64,000 nt of DNA, taken from positions 516,919 through 580,918 of the forward strand of contig JAQGDQ010000101.1 in assembly GCA_030141605.1 (NCBI GenBank). Reading direction: 5' to 3'. This DNA is from Tubiluchus corallicola. Taxonomy: Eukaryota; Animalia; Priapulida. Below are positions 1-15,072 of this stretch, piece by piece (the stretch's first letter is position 1; each line of letters starts with the position of its first letter). The notes beneath the pieces were generated by a model. The model saw only the letters and a list, made by a program, of their open reading frames with translations, did not search any database and was not told the origin of the DNA. Position numbers and translations under genes: made by a program.

Positions 1-652
1 GTTACTGAGAAAAGAGAAAAAAAAACAATGTATAACAATGATGCCAGAAACAACATTACTGACCACGTTAACAGTCTGCCTAAATTTAGATATCATATAT
101 GGTATCCATTAAAGTGGGATATATTTGAATGAATAAGAGAAAATTCATAAGGCGTACGAAGCTGTAATATGGAAAAACGAACAATAGGTGGCAGCAGTAA
201 ATTATGAATAAATCTAAGCACAGACTGTACTACAAATTTCTCAACCCCAAGAGGCAGCAGACCTGGAGATTTTTCAAAAAAGTTAAAACCTAGAGATTTT
301 ATGTCATTGCAGATTTTTTACATCCACTTTAAATATCACGTGTTAAATAAGTGAAATTACCACATTCATAGATTAAATTTATGATCAATAATAACTTGAT
401 TTTCGTGTTGCGAAAATTTCGTGATGACCGCAACAAAGTGAGACCCTCTTTGGGTTCTTTTCATTGTGAAATGGGCCTACTTAAGTTATCAAAGAAAGCT
501 AGGCTATAGCAGCACTTTAAACTGATTTGATATTTTAAGGCAGCCTTTACGCATGACATATCCAAATGATCCAATGCAGTCTTGCTATTTGGAGTTTCTT
601 CGTCACAATATACAAATCATTACTGGACATTTGATACCTAATTATTATCATT

Positions 653-756
<104 letters not shown>

Positions 757-1076
757 TGTTTCATTCATATAACATCAATAGATATGTAACCTGTAATATT
801 TCCTGTATGTCTTTGAAAGGCATCTATGTCTTATTGGTATTAAATAAGTTTTGTCGTTCAGCATTCAGCACTGTGTGTAAATCCAGGTGCAACTAAAATA
901 GACAATATCCGAACTTTGGCTGGAAAAAAGTCTGTTGCCCTCATATGCCGCGTTTGCACATATTGTCTTAGTACGCCGTAGCTCGTGTCTTGATCTGCTA
1001 CATCAACACAGGCTATCAAAAGTTAATTGCCTGTGCAGACAAAATTACCTAGTTGCAGTGAAGGCGATTTTTTAGC

Positions 1077-2087
1077 TTACAAATCATAGCCCACTAATTG
1101 AATGTATCTTGAACAATATGTATTGGACATAATCAAGTGTTTTTCGGCTTTGTTCAGGCCGGTTTTCCACTTGCCAATGTGAGACGCCGGGTGCTTTTTA
1201 AACGTTCCATCATTTCTGTGGAACATTTTGCTCACCTTACCATCCGAATAATTGCCTTTAGCAACTTTGTCCAGAAAGTAGTCCACCGTACTGTTGTACT
1301 TTAAGCCCAAAAAGTCAAAAATTTCTTTGGGTTTCGTATCCATGTTCAGCACCAAGTCTTCATATTTGATTATCAAAAGGTGTGATTCTGGTATGTGTGA
1401 TTGCATGGCAGTTTCCCAATTCTGTAACATGTCTGCGCATAGATATTGCAAGTGTGTTCGCTGCATTATTTTCCAACTCCATCTTGCAGCTTTTCTGGAT
1501 GCTAGTATGGCTCTAGGATCTCGCAAGAGGTAGATAATCTTCAAGTTAAATCCTTCCTTGATCAAGGGAAGCAAATCTGTTACGTGAAGACGCACAGTTT
1601 TTATGGCCTGTGCCTTATGGGCTTTACATAAACTGTTCAACTGTTCTAATTCAATTAAAGTTGTTTTATTTTTGCACAAGTTTGTTCTTACTGCGTCTAC
1701 GTTGTGATCGCAATTTGCAGCTCTGGCTATGACCCTGCTCCAGGAAGGATACTTTGGCCAAGTCTTCCATAGTCTTTTGTAGTTTTTATTCAGATTGTCT
1801 ATATCGGTGTAATTGCAAGAACCCATGTTTCTTATAACTTGTACACCGTCTAATATCACGCTTTGGTTTAAAGAAGGTTCCCTGGCTTTCCAGGGGGCGA
1901 GGTCGAATTTGCGAAATCCTGGCACTGCCACTAACGGTTCGTAGAAATACATGATATCCGGATGACTGTTGAGTATTTCTCCCAACAAAGTGGAACCACT
2001 TCTGTGATATGCTGAAAAATTACGATTATTATAAGAAATGTAATTTCCAATATTATTCACTTGGGCAATGACAGTAAGATAATAATG

Positions 2088-2174
<87 letters not shown>

Positions 2175-5100
2175 GAAAGAGAGGAGACAGTTCAATATTC
2201 ACAACTATGCTAATTTTACTACAAAAATATTGATTGAAATCCGAAGTTACAAACTAGATTCTACCAGATTTTTGGTTGGTCGAACACATAATGACCTAAA
2301 AAGCTGGAAATTTACTTGACTTAACATTTGGAGTTTCAGACAATATTTAAAACGCACAAAAATTGGGAAATTGGGTATTTTCAAATTTTTCCCATTTTCC
2401 AGAGGTACAAGCTCTTCTCCAATCATAACTTTCTGTACTTGCAAGCTAAAAGTGCTGTGTAGTTTCCACAGGAAAAGGAAGTGAGATAAATTTTAACTAC
2501 AGCAAGTGGGCTTTATGGAAATATAAAAGTAACAATAGAAATAGTGCAGTTATTCAGTACTTTACACGTATGCTAAAATACTGCTATTTTGCCTTCATGG
2601 TGCTAATAATGTACGAATTCTAAGCTAATTACAAAAATCCTTCACGTCAAGGCGCAGTGAGCTGTAAATTGAAAGGGAGAAATTCGCCCAATGCCCAATG
2701 GATCACTTTTCGATGCATAGTTTACTAATTCTTCCAGTGCACTGCAGTTTTAAACCGTTTGGAAGATTTGAGTCTCAGCAAAAATTAAAAATTTCGTCTT
2801 TACGCAGTTATTAAAATTACGACAGAATTTCAGAGATGCAGTTTTTTCTGGTTGTCATTGTTTTGCTGCTACAGTCTGGGAACAGGAAAAATTTCTCAGT
2901 TATGTATGCAATAAATTCCTAGTTATGTACACAGTAAATTCGTCTGTTACTGTAATTTATTTTTATATTTTATCTCTTGCTAGATTTTTAATATACACAT
3001 CGCCTCGAATGGGTTACAGTAAAGATAATGAGAAAAATGGAATTCTTATAACTAATTTGCTAATGCCAAAGCGTATCTTCTGACATTTTTCTTGAATTGA
3101 GCGTAATTGTAGTTTTCGGGGAGGGTAAGCAATTTATTGTCATTCTACATTGTACATGTAATGAATATGCGTAGTTTTACGTAATATAACAAACGAAAAT
3201 TAACGTAAATAAATTAAATGAGCTGTCGGGTAAGTGCTAATAAACTACAAACAGTGATGTCGAGAATATTGTAAATTTTCTGAAATTTACTGTTGAGAGT
3301 GCAAACTGCACTGATAGTAGAAAGAATTTAGAGCTTCTAATGATTAGAGTTGTGGTTTTAGCAGTGATATGACAACTTGCGCTCTCATTGCGACCTTCGT
3401 TTCGTACAAATGTGTCATAGGTTTCTGTTCAACTCCTATAATTTTTGAAGTGGACTTAAGAGCACAGCGATCTGCCTGCGTGGTAGTCCCGTATCAAACA
3501 ATGAAGGGTGTTGTAAGACACTCTCGGTTACTGCTCGATGAAAACTTTCCATAGCAGGGGCAATATTAATAGCAGGGGAGTTAAGTTGTCTTAAAACGCA
3601 CAGACGCTAGCAGGCCTTCTTTGTGCAACACAGCTTCCTATTTAAGACCATCTGAAATTTTTATTTTCAGCAATTTGAAGTCGTTAGCAATTGCCAATCA
3701 GGTATGCTAAGCTCAGTCATTTTACAGAACAATTTTAGTGACAGGATAGTATTGAAAGCTGAAGTGAAATCAACAAAAGGGAGTCTGGCACAACAGTTAC
3801 GTTTACCAAAGTGCTTTAGTAAATCATGATTAACAACGTTATCGTGGAACGACTAGCACGATATGCAAATTGAAACGGGTCCTAAAAGGGTGAAGCAATA
3901 GATTCCAGGAAATGAAAGATTAGACGCTCTAGTGGTTTGTTTAATAATGATGTTAAGGGCACAGGCCTATAGTCACGACGTGCAATAACCGTGTTTCTTT
4001 TTGATACAGGGATAATGATAGATTGATTAAATTGTTTAGGGAATTTTCAAATGCTTAAAAACCAATTATAAATACGAGTAAAAATATAGGTAAGTAGGTC
4101 TGAGCAATATCGCTCATGCCACAGTGCAAATCGTTTGGTAATGCTAATTTTTTAACTTTAAGTTTGGAATTCGTTTGCTTCACATCGTTTTCTTGTATAA
4201 CAAGAGAGGAATGTTGTTACAAGTAGGCCTGTTCTGATAGTCCTGTTCCTTTATCAAACGTCTACAAAAATATTTAGTTTATCTTGTAAGGTGAGGTCGT
4301 CTAAGCTAATATTTTTTGATTTCGGTATGTAATTTTATTTAGTCCTTGCCATTGCAGAAAAAGTCCTGCTTCAATTTGTTCTTGAAATCACATTTGACTG
4401 ACTCCGGAGATTATACTTCGCGATTTTATATCGTTCCAGGTCACCAAATTAGAAAAGTGTTTGTCCCCTTAGACAATTCTGCAGATAAGAAGTGCACCGA
4501 AAAAATGGATTTATAAGATGAACAGAACTTTATTACGAAAATACTTACTAGTGATCACAACTAAAGTTGGGTCATCAGAATGCCTGTACATTGCACGGAA
4601 TAGTTTACCAGCTATGCTCTCCGCATAAAGAATTTCTGCAAGATAATCAAACTTTTCATGCAGCCACATCCATACAGCTATATTTTATGCATTTTGATTT
4701 CTGTTCAAATACTCATATAATAATAAATGTTACTTATAGGCACTCACCAAGAAGATAGTGCCATGTCACACGATCACTTTACGGATGGTGCATGTCACAC
4801 AATGAAATAAAATTGTTCTAATTAATAATTACTAAGATGTTTTATATACAACTGCTAATCTATGAAATAAATTAGGTTATATTAGACTAATATATTATAA
4901 AACGGTTTTCTAAAAATAGGTTTTATTTTATTTATATTTTGTAACATTTTGGCAAGTTTTTTTGCTAATAGGTAATCTATTTCAGAAAATAGCACCACGA
5001 ATACTAAAGGTTCTGTCGCAAAATGTCTGGCAGTTAGTTTTAGGAATCAGTTAGTCTTAAAGAGTTAACTGACCGCACACATAACGGCAGTTTGGCTTCG

Positions 5101-5765
5101 TGAAATCACACGATAACTTAGCGATAAACTCCGCACGTTTGAACTTTTGAAATTTGAATTTAAAAATTGCTGAGCTTTTGTTGTCCATTGTCAGTGTCAC
5201 ACAACACTAATAATAGAATGTTTGCGCATTATTGATTATTAGTGGATTGATTTATCACAGTTTGTCATTTCACGCAGTTTAAATGTCATGTGTGGATGGA
5301 TTTGTCACACTTTGTTGTTTTGTGGCATGGTGCGTGTGGCGTATGGACAAGTGTGATGAGGCTAGTAAGTGGTGTTTTTTTCATATTTTACTAATACCTT
5401 ATACGGTTTGATATGGTAAACGATATTTTAAACGAGATGTCCAGGCAGGTGGCTAGAAAAAACTAAATAAGCCCATAACCTAATGCTTCGCTATAGTTTA
5501 ATAATTAAATACTTGAGCACAAAAATGTTTGTTTAAGGAATGAATTGGGGCATTATCAGGCCTCCATTTCATGTTCTCAGCTACGACATTGTACACATTT
5601 ACTTCTTAAATAATCAACGAGAGTTTAAATGGCAAAGAAAAAACACTTACTTGATGTACGAAGTGAGAGACGACTTAGCTGAGGTAGAGTTGATAAATAA
5701 GCTCCAATCACGAAGTATATCATTCCCATGAAAAGAAATATCACCTTTCGTCTTAGGGATAACAT
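1077..5765 (-). CDS. Golgi type II carbohydrate 6-O-sulfotransferase (CHST1/3/4/5/6-like), 3 coding exons: 5651..5765, 4549..4635, 1077..2011 (378 aa)
   Basis: Exon 1 reads MLSLRRKVIFLFMGMIYFVIGAYL (basic tail + signal anchor). Phase-1 GT-AG joins rebuild the 5'-PSB loop VVITTYHRSGSTLLGE. Also present: YFYEPL, the 3'-PB motif LLRDPRAILASR and KYEDL. Total 1137 nt, in frame. The poly-SL N-terminus in the ORF track is intronic (GA)n. Confidence 0.9.
2091..2180. repeat. (GA)n microsatellite
   Basis: Directly visible, in the CHST intron. Confidence 0.98.
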
Positions 5766-6079
5766 AATTTTCACTTATGTGTCAGTGAAATGACGTGGCA
5801 ATATTTTGCTTAATATCAGTCCTTCAGACATGCGATTTATCTGAATGCAGTTGTAATACGCCTCTAACTCTTCATTCCTGCAGAGATAATGTAGTCAATA
5901 AGTTATCTGAATGTAAGACTTAATGAGTTTGTATAGATGTGGTAGAACACTCCAGCGGTGACTTCAGATCTATTATAGCGCATGCGAAGGTTTCATTAAC
6001 GTGGGAGTAATTTACTTTAAACGTTTGCAATTTTGCAAATGAAGTAGGAAGAAAAATGACAAGTGGCAGCAAGTAAGAA

Positions 6080-6226
<147 letters not shown>

Positions 6227-7644
6227 AATGTTGATAGAGTTTAACAGTGTGATGTGACATTATGATATATTATGGCGTGCATACTACTGACATAAGGCAT
6301 AACACATATGTATACCAGGAAATAGGCATGGATAACTACACATTGCTATCTATTGATAACACCACAGTCTAATTGTACGTCCTTTTAGCACCGTACAAGG
6401 TTGAATTATTTTGCGTAATACAATTACTGAATAATTGTGAATAGGCATACACGTTTTTTAATGTCATCTAGTACAAAAACCAAGTATTATGTAAGTTGCT
6501 GTTAGCTAGATCGTATTAATAGCTTCTCATTAAATTTTTGGTAGCGCAAAACGTTAGATTCTGTAGTTCTTTCGTTTGGAAATTATGATTTTCTTCACGT
6601 CTAATAAATGTTCTTTACTAGTATATGCAAAAAAGTAAAAATACAAGTCTCTTACGGACCTCAATTCGAAGACTTGCTATGAAACCGATTTCAGCCTTCC
6701 GGTTTCTCGTTGTTTATATGCTTAGGTAAACATAATATTTTTGGTCATATTTTTGCTTTTAGGAGGCTTTTATTATTATTTTTAGAAAGTGACCATGTGC
6801 ATGGGGAGAAATGCTGCGATTACTTCTGTTATTGAACAACATTAATTTCGAATGCTTTATAGCTGCATGAATACATAACATACTCATTTACTTGTTATTC
6901 TACATTAATTTTCTTAATTTCTCTTGGCTGTTGGTGGTAGAAGTAAGACGTGTAACTTGTGCGTACAATCAGTTTTTTCTAATTCAATGCGTTAGTTAAA
7001 TGCATAAATTTTGCTCCATACACAACAACAATGCTTTCTGAGAGTTTTGATTTAAACAATTTACTTCCTGAAAGTTTATAATCTATTAAAACTGCAGTAA
7101 ATTTCGCGACGTCCAGCATCCAATTAAGGTTTTCACACGGTTAAAGCCGTGCTTAGATTACCGCAATCATGTTCAGTCAGCAACTTTACAATGTTAACTA
7201 CTTATATGCTTTTGAAGCACATAACTAGAGTTGATAATTGATCAGTATCGGAGATAAACTAAAGTGACTAAGAAAAACTAGTCTTTAACTTTGTAGTAGT
7301 GCAAAAGTCATTACGAAGTAAGTTTTAACTGTCGCTTTTTTAATTACACGTAAGCTACTGGCAGATGAATAACTGATGTAAGAAGTTATTTACTACTTTA
7401 CAAACTGTATTCAACGATTTGTTAAAATATTTGAGGGTGTTGACTTTCTATACGTCGTAATGTGCATCAAACTGCAGATATCCAACTTGCACAAAGAAAA
7501 ACTTTAGACAAACACAACGTTAAATTACCGTCGCTTGTTTGACAGCCAACATTAGCAGTAAGGGCTATTTAGCGACTTAAAATTACAACACGGCACGGAC
7601 GCACACACAAACAACGAATAAAATGAAGGGCACATGTTCTGGTG

Positions 7645-7714
7645 AATTCAGCCGCTAGATTCGAACTCGAGACTATGTGGTTGTAGTATAAAATCTAGAC
7701 CATTCAGCCACTCA
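7645..7714 (-). mobile_element. tRNA-derived SINE-like head
   Basis: Minus strand has A box TGGCTGAATGG and B box GAGTTCGAATC. The 3' part (CTAGCGG..GAAT) resembles 23978..24040. Confidence 0.55.
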
Positions 7715-8337
7715 ACCCAGAACGAGCGTAGCATGATGTTGCGTACATTTTTGGGAACGGTTGTTCAATTAACTCCAATATTACCAAAAGAGAAACTACT
7801 TACAAATATATACTGAATACACATGGGTCTACCACGTTTTCGCATTTCGATTATTTTTTTATAACCGCTAAAACACTTTTACAATAGTAATTTTGTTCTA
7901 CCTGCATTACCACAACATTTGCCTCAACCACTGCAGCACCAAAGGGAGTTTCGTTTGATTCCTATATCACAACTTGCGTTCATTTGAGGCTCGTAAAAAC
8001 TATGAAACTTCTATACGTTGGTAAACACAACACACACTGTAGTATCACCATGCTATCCTTATTAACGAGTGAATGGCAGCAGCTTTGTATTATAGGAAAT
8101 AAAATATGTCGCGTAATCCTGCACAAGCTGCTTCACGCAGAAAAGATGCATTATTCATAGATGCATTAACGTATTTCTACCTGTCGCTTATTCACGTCCT
8201 ATTGTCTGTCATATTGGTACTGGATCATGGGTGACTTGAATGAAATGAATATAAATTTGAATTCTCCTTGGTATACAACCACTCATTAGCATTTTTTCTG
8301 GCGCAAAAAACTATTTGATAGGTGTCAGTAAAATATA

Positions 8338-8473
<136 letters not shown>

Positions 8474-9377
8474 GTACAAAGGCATAAAGCAGTTAATAAA
8501 AAGGATGAAAAATGAAACAAAAGTAAAAACCTGAACTCCTCTGTCCATATACACCACCTCTGTTTTTAACTTCTGCGATAGGATGCATGTCATTAGTATC
8601 ATACACGGAACAAGTGTTTAGTGGTGACACTGTACTGCTGACTTAGCTGGTTTTGACATGTCTAGAAGGTGCATAGACCCTAATTAGTCGCATTTGAAAC
8701 TTATCAGCCTATTCTAGCACAGCGCCCTAAGCGAATGTTGCACCTTTAATATACACGGGCTATTGACATTTTTGCAGTTTAACTGCAATTTTACTACATA
8801 TTTTACATATTTTAACGACCGACAAAATTATGACACCAACCTCAGATAAACTAACGAATTATGGCCACGACTTACTATGTATACAGAGCAAGGAGCATAC
8901 CTATATATATATATAGGCCACAGCCCCATGCAATGCTATAAATGCCAGAACGTGCATAATACATATATATATTGCTTGTACAAAATGTGTACAAGCAATA
9001 TAGGCTTATAAAATGTCTAAGAATTATGGTTTTTCAGCTGCCTGTGAATAATAAGAATTAACTTTAGTCTGTAGATATCAGACTAAAGTTAATCGATACC
9101 ATTGACAAGCTACATTCCTAAATTTGTTTTATACGTATTTCCAAGACACTTCGAAATGGGAAATGTCACACAAGATTTCAGCGCAAATTAATGAGGTATG
9201 AAAGAGTCAGAGAAAAGAAGTAAATAAAAAAATATTAAGAGCGGCTTGAAAATCTGTATTCATCGGTACTGTACCGTCAGTAACGTATTCACACTTTCAC
9301 AGTGAACTACAAAAAAAGGCTAGTGTAAGTAGTCTCATGAAAAAGACATTAATGGTTTGACTCCAAATTACAGTCGA

Positions 9378-10198
9378 TTAAAAGAAGGATCAAGTTTCGT
9401 GGAATTAGGCAGCAAGAAGAGGCAGCTCAGCGCATTTTCCTCGTGTCACACAAAGTGTATCACTATACTTTATAAGTAAAAAGAGAAAAATCAAGAGGAC
9501 AAAAAACTTTTTTAACATCAAGTTAGCGGCACAAGAAAACCTTCCACTTACATAAAGCTTTAAAAATGCGTCTTGCAAATTTATACCATTTACATACTGT
9601 CTTTCTGCATACAAGGCTTGCGTCAGCAGTTACGCTGTATAAAACTTATATATTTAAACTCCCGAATGACTGTTAGGCGCAGCCATATTGACGATAAGTT
9701 GTCTGAAACAAGCTTAGATAACACTGAGTAAAGTTTGAAAAAATAATCAGAGCGTTCGTAGCGCACACGTCACTAATTAAGTAAAATTTAAATGATTGTG
9801 TCTTGTAAATAAGATTAAAAACATGTTTTTTGGTTTATGAGTCGTGCACCCTGGAGATGAGTCAACGATATTTTACCAATTGGTGAAAATAAGTAATTTT
9901 CTTTTCTAATTATGTAAGTCTTCGAGCAGGTAAGAGAAAGGTTAAGTAATAATACTTTGCATGGAAAGTTTTTTGGGACATAGTGTAACATTTTCTTTTC
10001 TACCCCTGATTTACCTTGATGTGCGCATATGACGTCATGTAATGGCGCGGTTGGAACAGTATTGGGGGAGATTTAAAATGAAAACAAGCAAAAAATCCTT
10101 TTAACGCGAGTACGGTATACTCATAGCTATAAACTAATGCAATTTTTAAGGCAATTTTTCTGAAACCTACTTCAAGAACCCCCTTTCTTGTCCTTTAA
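9378..10198 (+). mobile_element. Interspersed repeat, copy 1 (possible Kolobok-type non-autonomous element, TTAA-bounded)
   Basis: 9625..9745 aligns by eye with the reverse complement of 20790..20925 (ACGCTGTATAAAACTT..GTTAGGCGCAGC..GAAACAAG.TTAGATAACACTGA.TAAAGTTTGAAAAAATAA). TTAA occurs at both putative ends. The superfamily assignment is tentative. Confidence 0.6.
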
Positions 10199-12018
10199 AG
10201 CCTAATTAGTTTAGGATCTGCGCTTCGCAAACGTTGAGAATTGGAGTTACAATTGGAAACCTGAAAGAAATTCATTAGGTAAAAGATGCAAATCAGCACA
10301 ACAAGCAGTCATCATTTCAGCTTCAAACTTAGTTCCTCAACTTTTTCGTTTTTCGGATTTTTGCTCCAACTTGCAAAAACAGCCTCAACAAACTAAGCTG
10401 AGCAACCCAGGCTTAGAAGCTTTTATTCAATGACTGCTGAGTTGAATTTCTAAAGTCCGAAATTTAGGGGGTTAAAAACTTGAAACGGCGTAATGTGTAA
10501 TGGTAATTTTAATTGGAAGACACCTTTGCAATAAGAAACAACTAGGAAAAAATTAAAATATTTTAAGCTTGTGTATTTCTTTGTAATAGCAAAGCTTTCA
10601 TTGCACACCTGTTGAGTTTCTTTGGTCATTTAACTCTTGGCCCTCATCAAAAGTCAATCGCGTAAATAATCTGGTAATCCAGAAAAAGCACAACAACAAT
10701 GATTACTTACATGGCAAATCAAACGTATGTTCAGAACAACTAATTCGTAAATATATTTACAATTTGCAATTATGTATTTACAATTGCATAGGAAAATAAA
10801 TGTTAAACAGTTGAAGTTGCCGCCAAACAAAGTTATAGTTTGTATAATTCAGTTACAGTTATTTAATTCAGTTGTTGTTACTATTTATTAAAACGCTTTG
10901 TTGACTTTTCATCTCCGCGCTGCAGGCTTTTAGTGTAAAACCATATCGTAAATATTATGCTTTTAGGAAATACGATTAAATATGCGAAATGCAAAACGTA
11001 CAAAATTCTTTGATTTCGAATTCAGCCTTTTCAGTGGGAAAGCTATTCTTTGCCTGTCACATGTACGTCCTAAAATAATAAACTTTAAACGTTTATAAAG
11101 ATCCCCATTATATATTTTAGTAACTACATCTAATTAGCAGATTTGAATATTATCAACTATCATTATAGTTGTTCATTCAGTCAACTTAACACATTCAAAA
11201 TCCTGCAACCAACAAACGTAATCGATTTTGAGCTATGTAATAACTTGTCACATGAAAAGAAAGTTAAATCCAGTCCCGTTACCGGTGGATGCCGTATTGT
11301 GTATAGGTCGACTAGTTCACCATTCACCATTGTAATCATAATGAAAGCAATAATGAATAATGTAATAAATTAATGAACGTAAAGTACGCACCAATATCGG
11401 CTACATCTAGCAATAATATTTAGGCGTAATACTGTGTGGGTAATGTCATACTTACTGGTACGATATTTGCTTACGTCCACTGCATAAGTCAGACGCATAC
11501 GGAGTAAATCGCACTTACGATACGATTTTATGATTTATGCGATAGACGCGTGTTGCACGACATCGTAAGCAGAACGCAAGACTTGACCAATTAACTGGGG
11601 GAGATTGAAGCACGTGCTCACGATTTTACTGCACTTGGAAGAAGAAAAAACAGTGTTAACAGAAAAAACATGGCATCCACAGTGGACTTGTAAACAAACG
11701 GACAACAATGCCATCGATTAAATAGTATCGGACTGTGGGATTTGACTCTATTAACTGAGAAGTTTTGTGTTTTTTAATAAATCATTCACTAGTGTTGGAA
11801 AACAAACATCATGTTAATTCAATCCATCTTTTAAATCGTGATTTAAATTAACAATTTTTTAAATCATGGTTTTCGTAATGATGCGAATTTTCATTTGGTT
11901 GATGCCAATTTACAATAAAGAAAATGATTATTTTATAAATTGGTGATATGGTATATATATTACCATATCACCAATTTATAAAAGAATCATTTTTCTTATT
12001 GTAATGAAAATTATATAT

Positions 12019-12054
<36 letters not shown>

Positions 12055-13700
12055 GTAGTTACAAAATAGAAATTGCCAATTACACACGCACGCACACACG
12101 CACACACATAATGCATTGCTACCACGCTTGTCATGATACCACACATCGTCAGAAGCACACATGTACGATTCCAGCTGAAGAATATGCCTATTAGACACAC
12201 TGGGCAAATATATCAAGCAGAAAGAGAATAATAAGCCAAACAAATCTGAATTTGACACAGCAACAATGAATAGCGATACTATAAGAGAAAAAATAAAAAA
12301 CAACAAAAATCCGTTCTTATTTTACTTACAAAATGGTAAAAGCCCATTTTTTGTTTCTGTAAACAGTGAATTTTTTAGCTCTGTAATTCAAATCAAGATA
12401 TCATTTGGCTCATTGATGCCAAGAGCCAAAAAGGTCAAAGATAAATGTTCTGCAGCAGAAACTGCATAGTTCCCTCTTATTAGCTGAAACCTAGATAGTT
12501 TAAATCTAAGTGTGACCTTTTCAAGTAATACAAGACAATGTAAGGAAAACAAAAATATATGACATATTGCCAAACCTTTTACAATAGGCAAATTTGGAAA
12601 CTTAATAATGCCAACATTAGTGACATTAATACTGCCTGGAATGTTTATCCACCTGTAAATTGTGGAAGCTGCCAAATAAAACTCATAGGTTTGTTTCAGT
12701 ACCATATATTAATAAAATTTCTTGCTCAAATAAACAATTTGAAAAGTAAATTTTACTTTTTGAGTAAAACAAGCAAAAAATTACGCATGCGTAAGAATTT
12801 GACTATCTAACAAGCATAAAATACCATAATATGCAACCATAATATGCAGCTTTTGTGGCAGAACGTGTAAAAAATACAATCAACTGGAAAAAATTGAATT
12901 GAAAAATGATGATAAATTATTAAACAGAGGAATAATTAATGTTTTTCTACAAGGTTATTTCTGCAATTAATCTTAAAGAAGGGCATGCAATTAATTTATA
13001 ATCCGATTAATTTAACTGAGTAACTTACTGATTGAATAATAATATCTTGTTTGCTAAATAGCAAAACAGATCTTGTTTGCTGAAATACACCTTTAATTAT
13101 TATGTCTCTTAAGTATTAATTATGTATTCATGAAATACATATATAATGATTGAATTTTATTTATTATGCACAAATTATGGCTTAATCTAGTTATGTTTAG
13201 CTCGAACAATGAAAAAAGTTTAGCATTAATATTGTACTGGTTATTTTTTCTCTACCCATTTTAGATCCATTTTATATGTACTGATAATAAAATTTGATTA
13301 AAGAAATATTATTGTTATTACTTTAAAATTATTCTTGAAAGCACAATAATTGTTGTTCTGTGTTTTTCTCTGTTTTTTACAGACAATGAATACATTCAAA
13401 TGTTGTCTAATTCCAATACCGACAATTTTTGTTCTTCTATAAGATTTACGGCTTACGAACAGTGACCCACTTAAACAAGATAACCACCAACGTTCCATAG
13501 CATAACATCCTTATGATGCACATTGCATGTTGAGTATGTGGCGCCTCACTCTGGAGAAAAGGAGAAAAAACTTGAAACCAGTGTAATGATTTAAATATTG
13601 TTATACACTGGTTCACAGTGTTCAAGTAAAAAAATTTTACACCGAACAAGCTGAATCTGGATATTAATAAACCCACAAAACTAGACAATTTTAAATAAAA

Positions 13701-15072
13701 CTAAGTCTGAATTTTGAAAATGCTCCTCTTTTCTAAATCTTCCATCTCCTTCAAAACTTTAGCTGCACTGTATCGTAGTTCATGCAATTTCTTCACAGGC
13801 ACTTCAAAATTTTTCACTTGTCCATCAGACAGCGCTAGCTGCATCATAATGGTAGGCTCTAACACACGACTAATCGAGCTGTTGGATATGCTTACATCAA
13901 CCCTCCAGCGGAAAGTTTCCACTGTCGACAATGCAGGATGATTAGATGACACTGACCTGTCGATTTCAATTCGTGGCTGTCCGAAAATGACACTTGACAA
14001 ATCTTCTATTAGTTCTTTTGGTAATTTGAGTTCTGAAAGATCCTCGTGGAATGTAGTTGGCTTCAACTGGGTAGATGGAATTCGAAGTGCAGCACTCAAC
14101 ACTGAGTGAATTCCAGCATAACAATGCTGTAACATTTCCTCTACTTCTAACCTCTTCATTATATCCTCCAGTTGAGCATCTGCATCCAACCTAAACAAAG
14201 ATTTTAAAATAATGTAAAAACCTTCCACCGCTTTTTATTTATAATCAACATTAATTATTACGAGCAATACAACATGTAACAAAGAATATTGAAATATGAG
14301 TACGTGCTTTTTTTGTGTTGTCATTTAAATTAAACTGAATTGTCAAATTGATTGACGAAGTTCGCGTTTTGCTTGTGTTTACTTTAGTATTAACAGTTTA
14401 AGTTAATAATTAATCTCAAAGACAAAACTGATATGACAGTCATGACATGATGTGAGATAATTTTCCATTGTGTTAAACAACTCCTTTGTGTTGATTAAAG
14501 CACCTGCATGAACACTTTGTAGATAGACTTTCATTTGGAGACAGCTTTAACTCACTTTTTTCTAACACACTAATAAAAAAAACTGAAAAAATAAATAAAA
14601 CATACAGATTTTGTTAAGAAGTACTGTATTTTTTTAGAGAGATTTGACGAAAAGTTAGTTTTGTTTTTGGTGAAGTAGACTTAGTTAAGAAATTTTTTTA
14701 AAATAATTTTTGTTGTACCATTATCATATTTGTGTTTCCAGTTATCCCAAAGCCTTAATTGCCAGATATGATGCTTGTTTCAGCATAAATCTTTTAGCTG
14801 TCAAATATAAGTTTCAGATAGCTTTTTTTATTGCCATATCGAATTTTGCTGACTTGGACGAAACTTTATACAGACGTTACCATGACTTGTGCTTACCAAT
14901 CATTTTTACTAGTAAATGCAGCTATACTCAGCGTTACCAACTTGGCAAGGGTTACTCTGTCTACTTGGTGACAACACTTTGTCATCAATTTAACTTCTAG
15001 TGGAATTTTTGCACCTAAAAACAGAGTCCGTTCACTTCCACCAACAGCACTGCCCATCATCATAGCCGCCAT
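13701..15072 (-). CDS. COMMD5: COMM domain-containing protein 5 (HCaRG), 2 exons: 14897..15072, 13701..14190 (221 aa)
   Basis: N-terminal FLGAKIPLEV and AALRIPSTQLKP, and COMM domain FRWRVDVSISNSSISRVLEPTIMMQLALSDG..FEVP..LRYSAAKVLKEMEDLEKR, resemble human COMMD5. Phase-2 GT-AG intron; 666 nt in frame. Confidence 0.92.

Noticed and set aside
4748-4790. Alternative CHST upstream exon ending at a gtgagt donor
   Set aside because: There is an in-frame stop just upstream and no good acceptor. Exon 4549..4635 gives the proper motif.
12200-12810. Cluster of short ORFs downstream of COMMD5
   Set aside because: No recognisable motifs or consistent splice structure.
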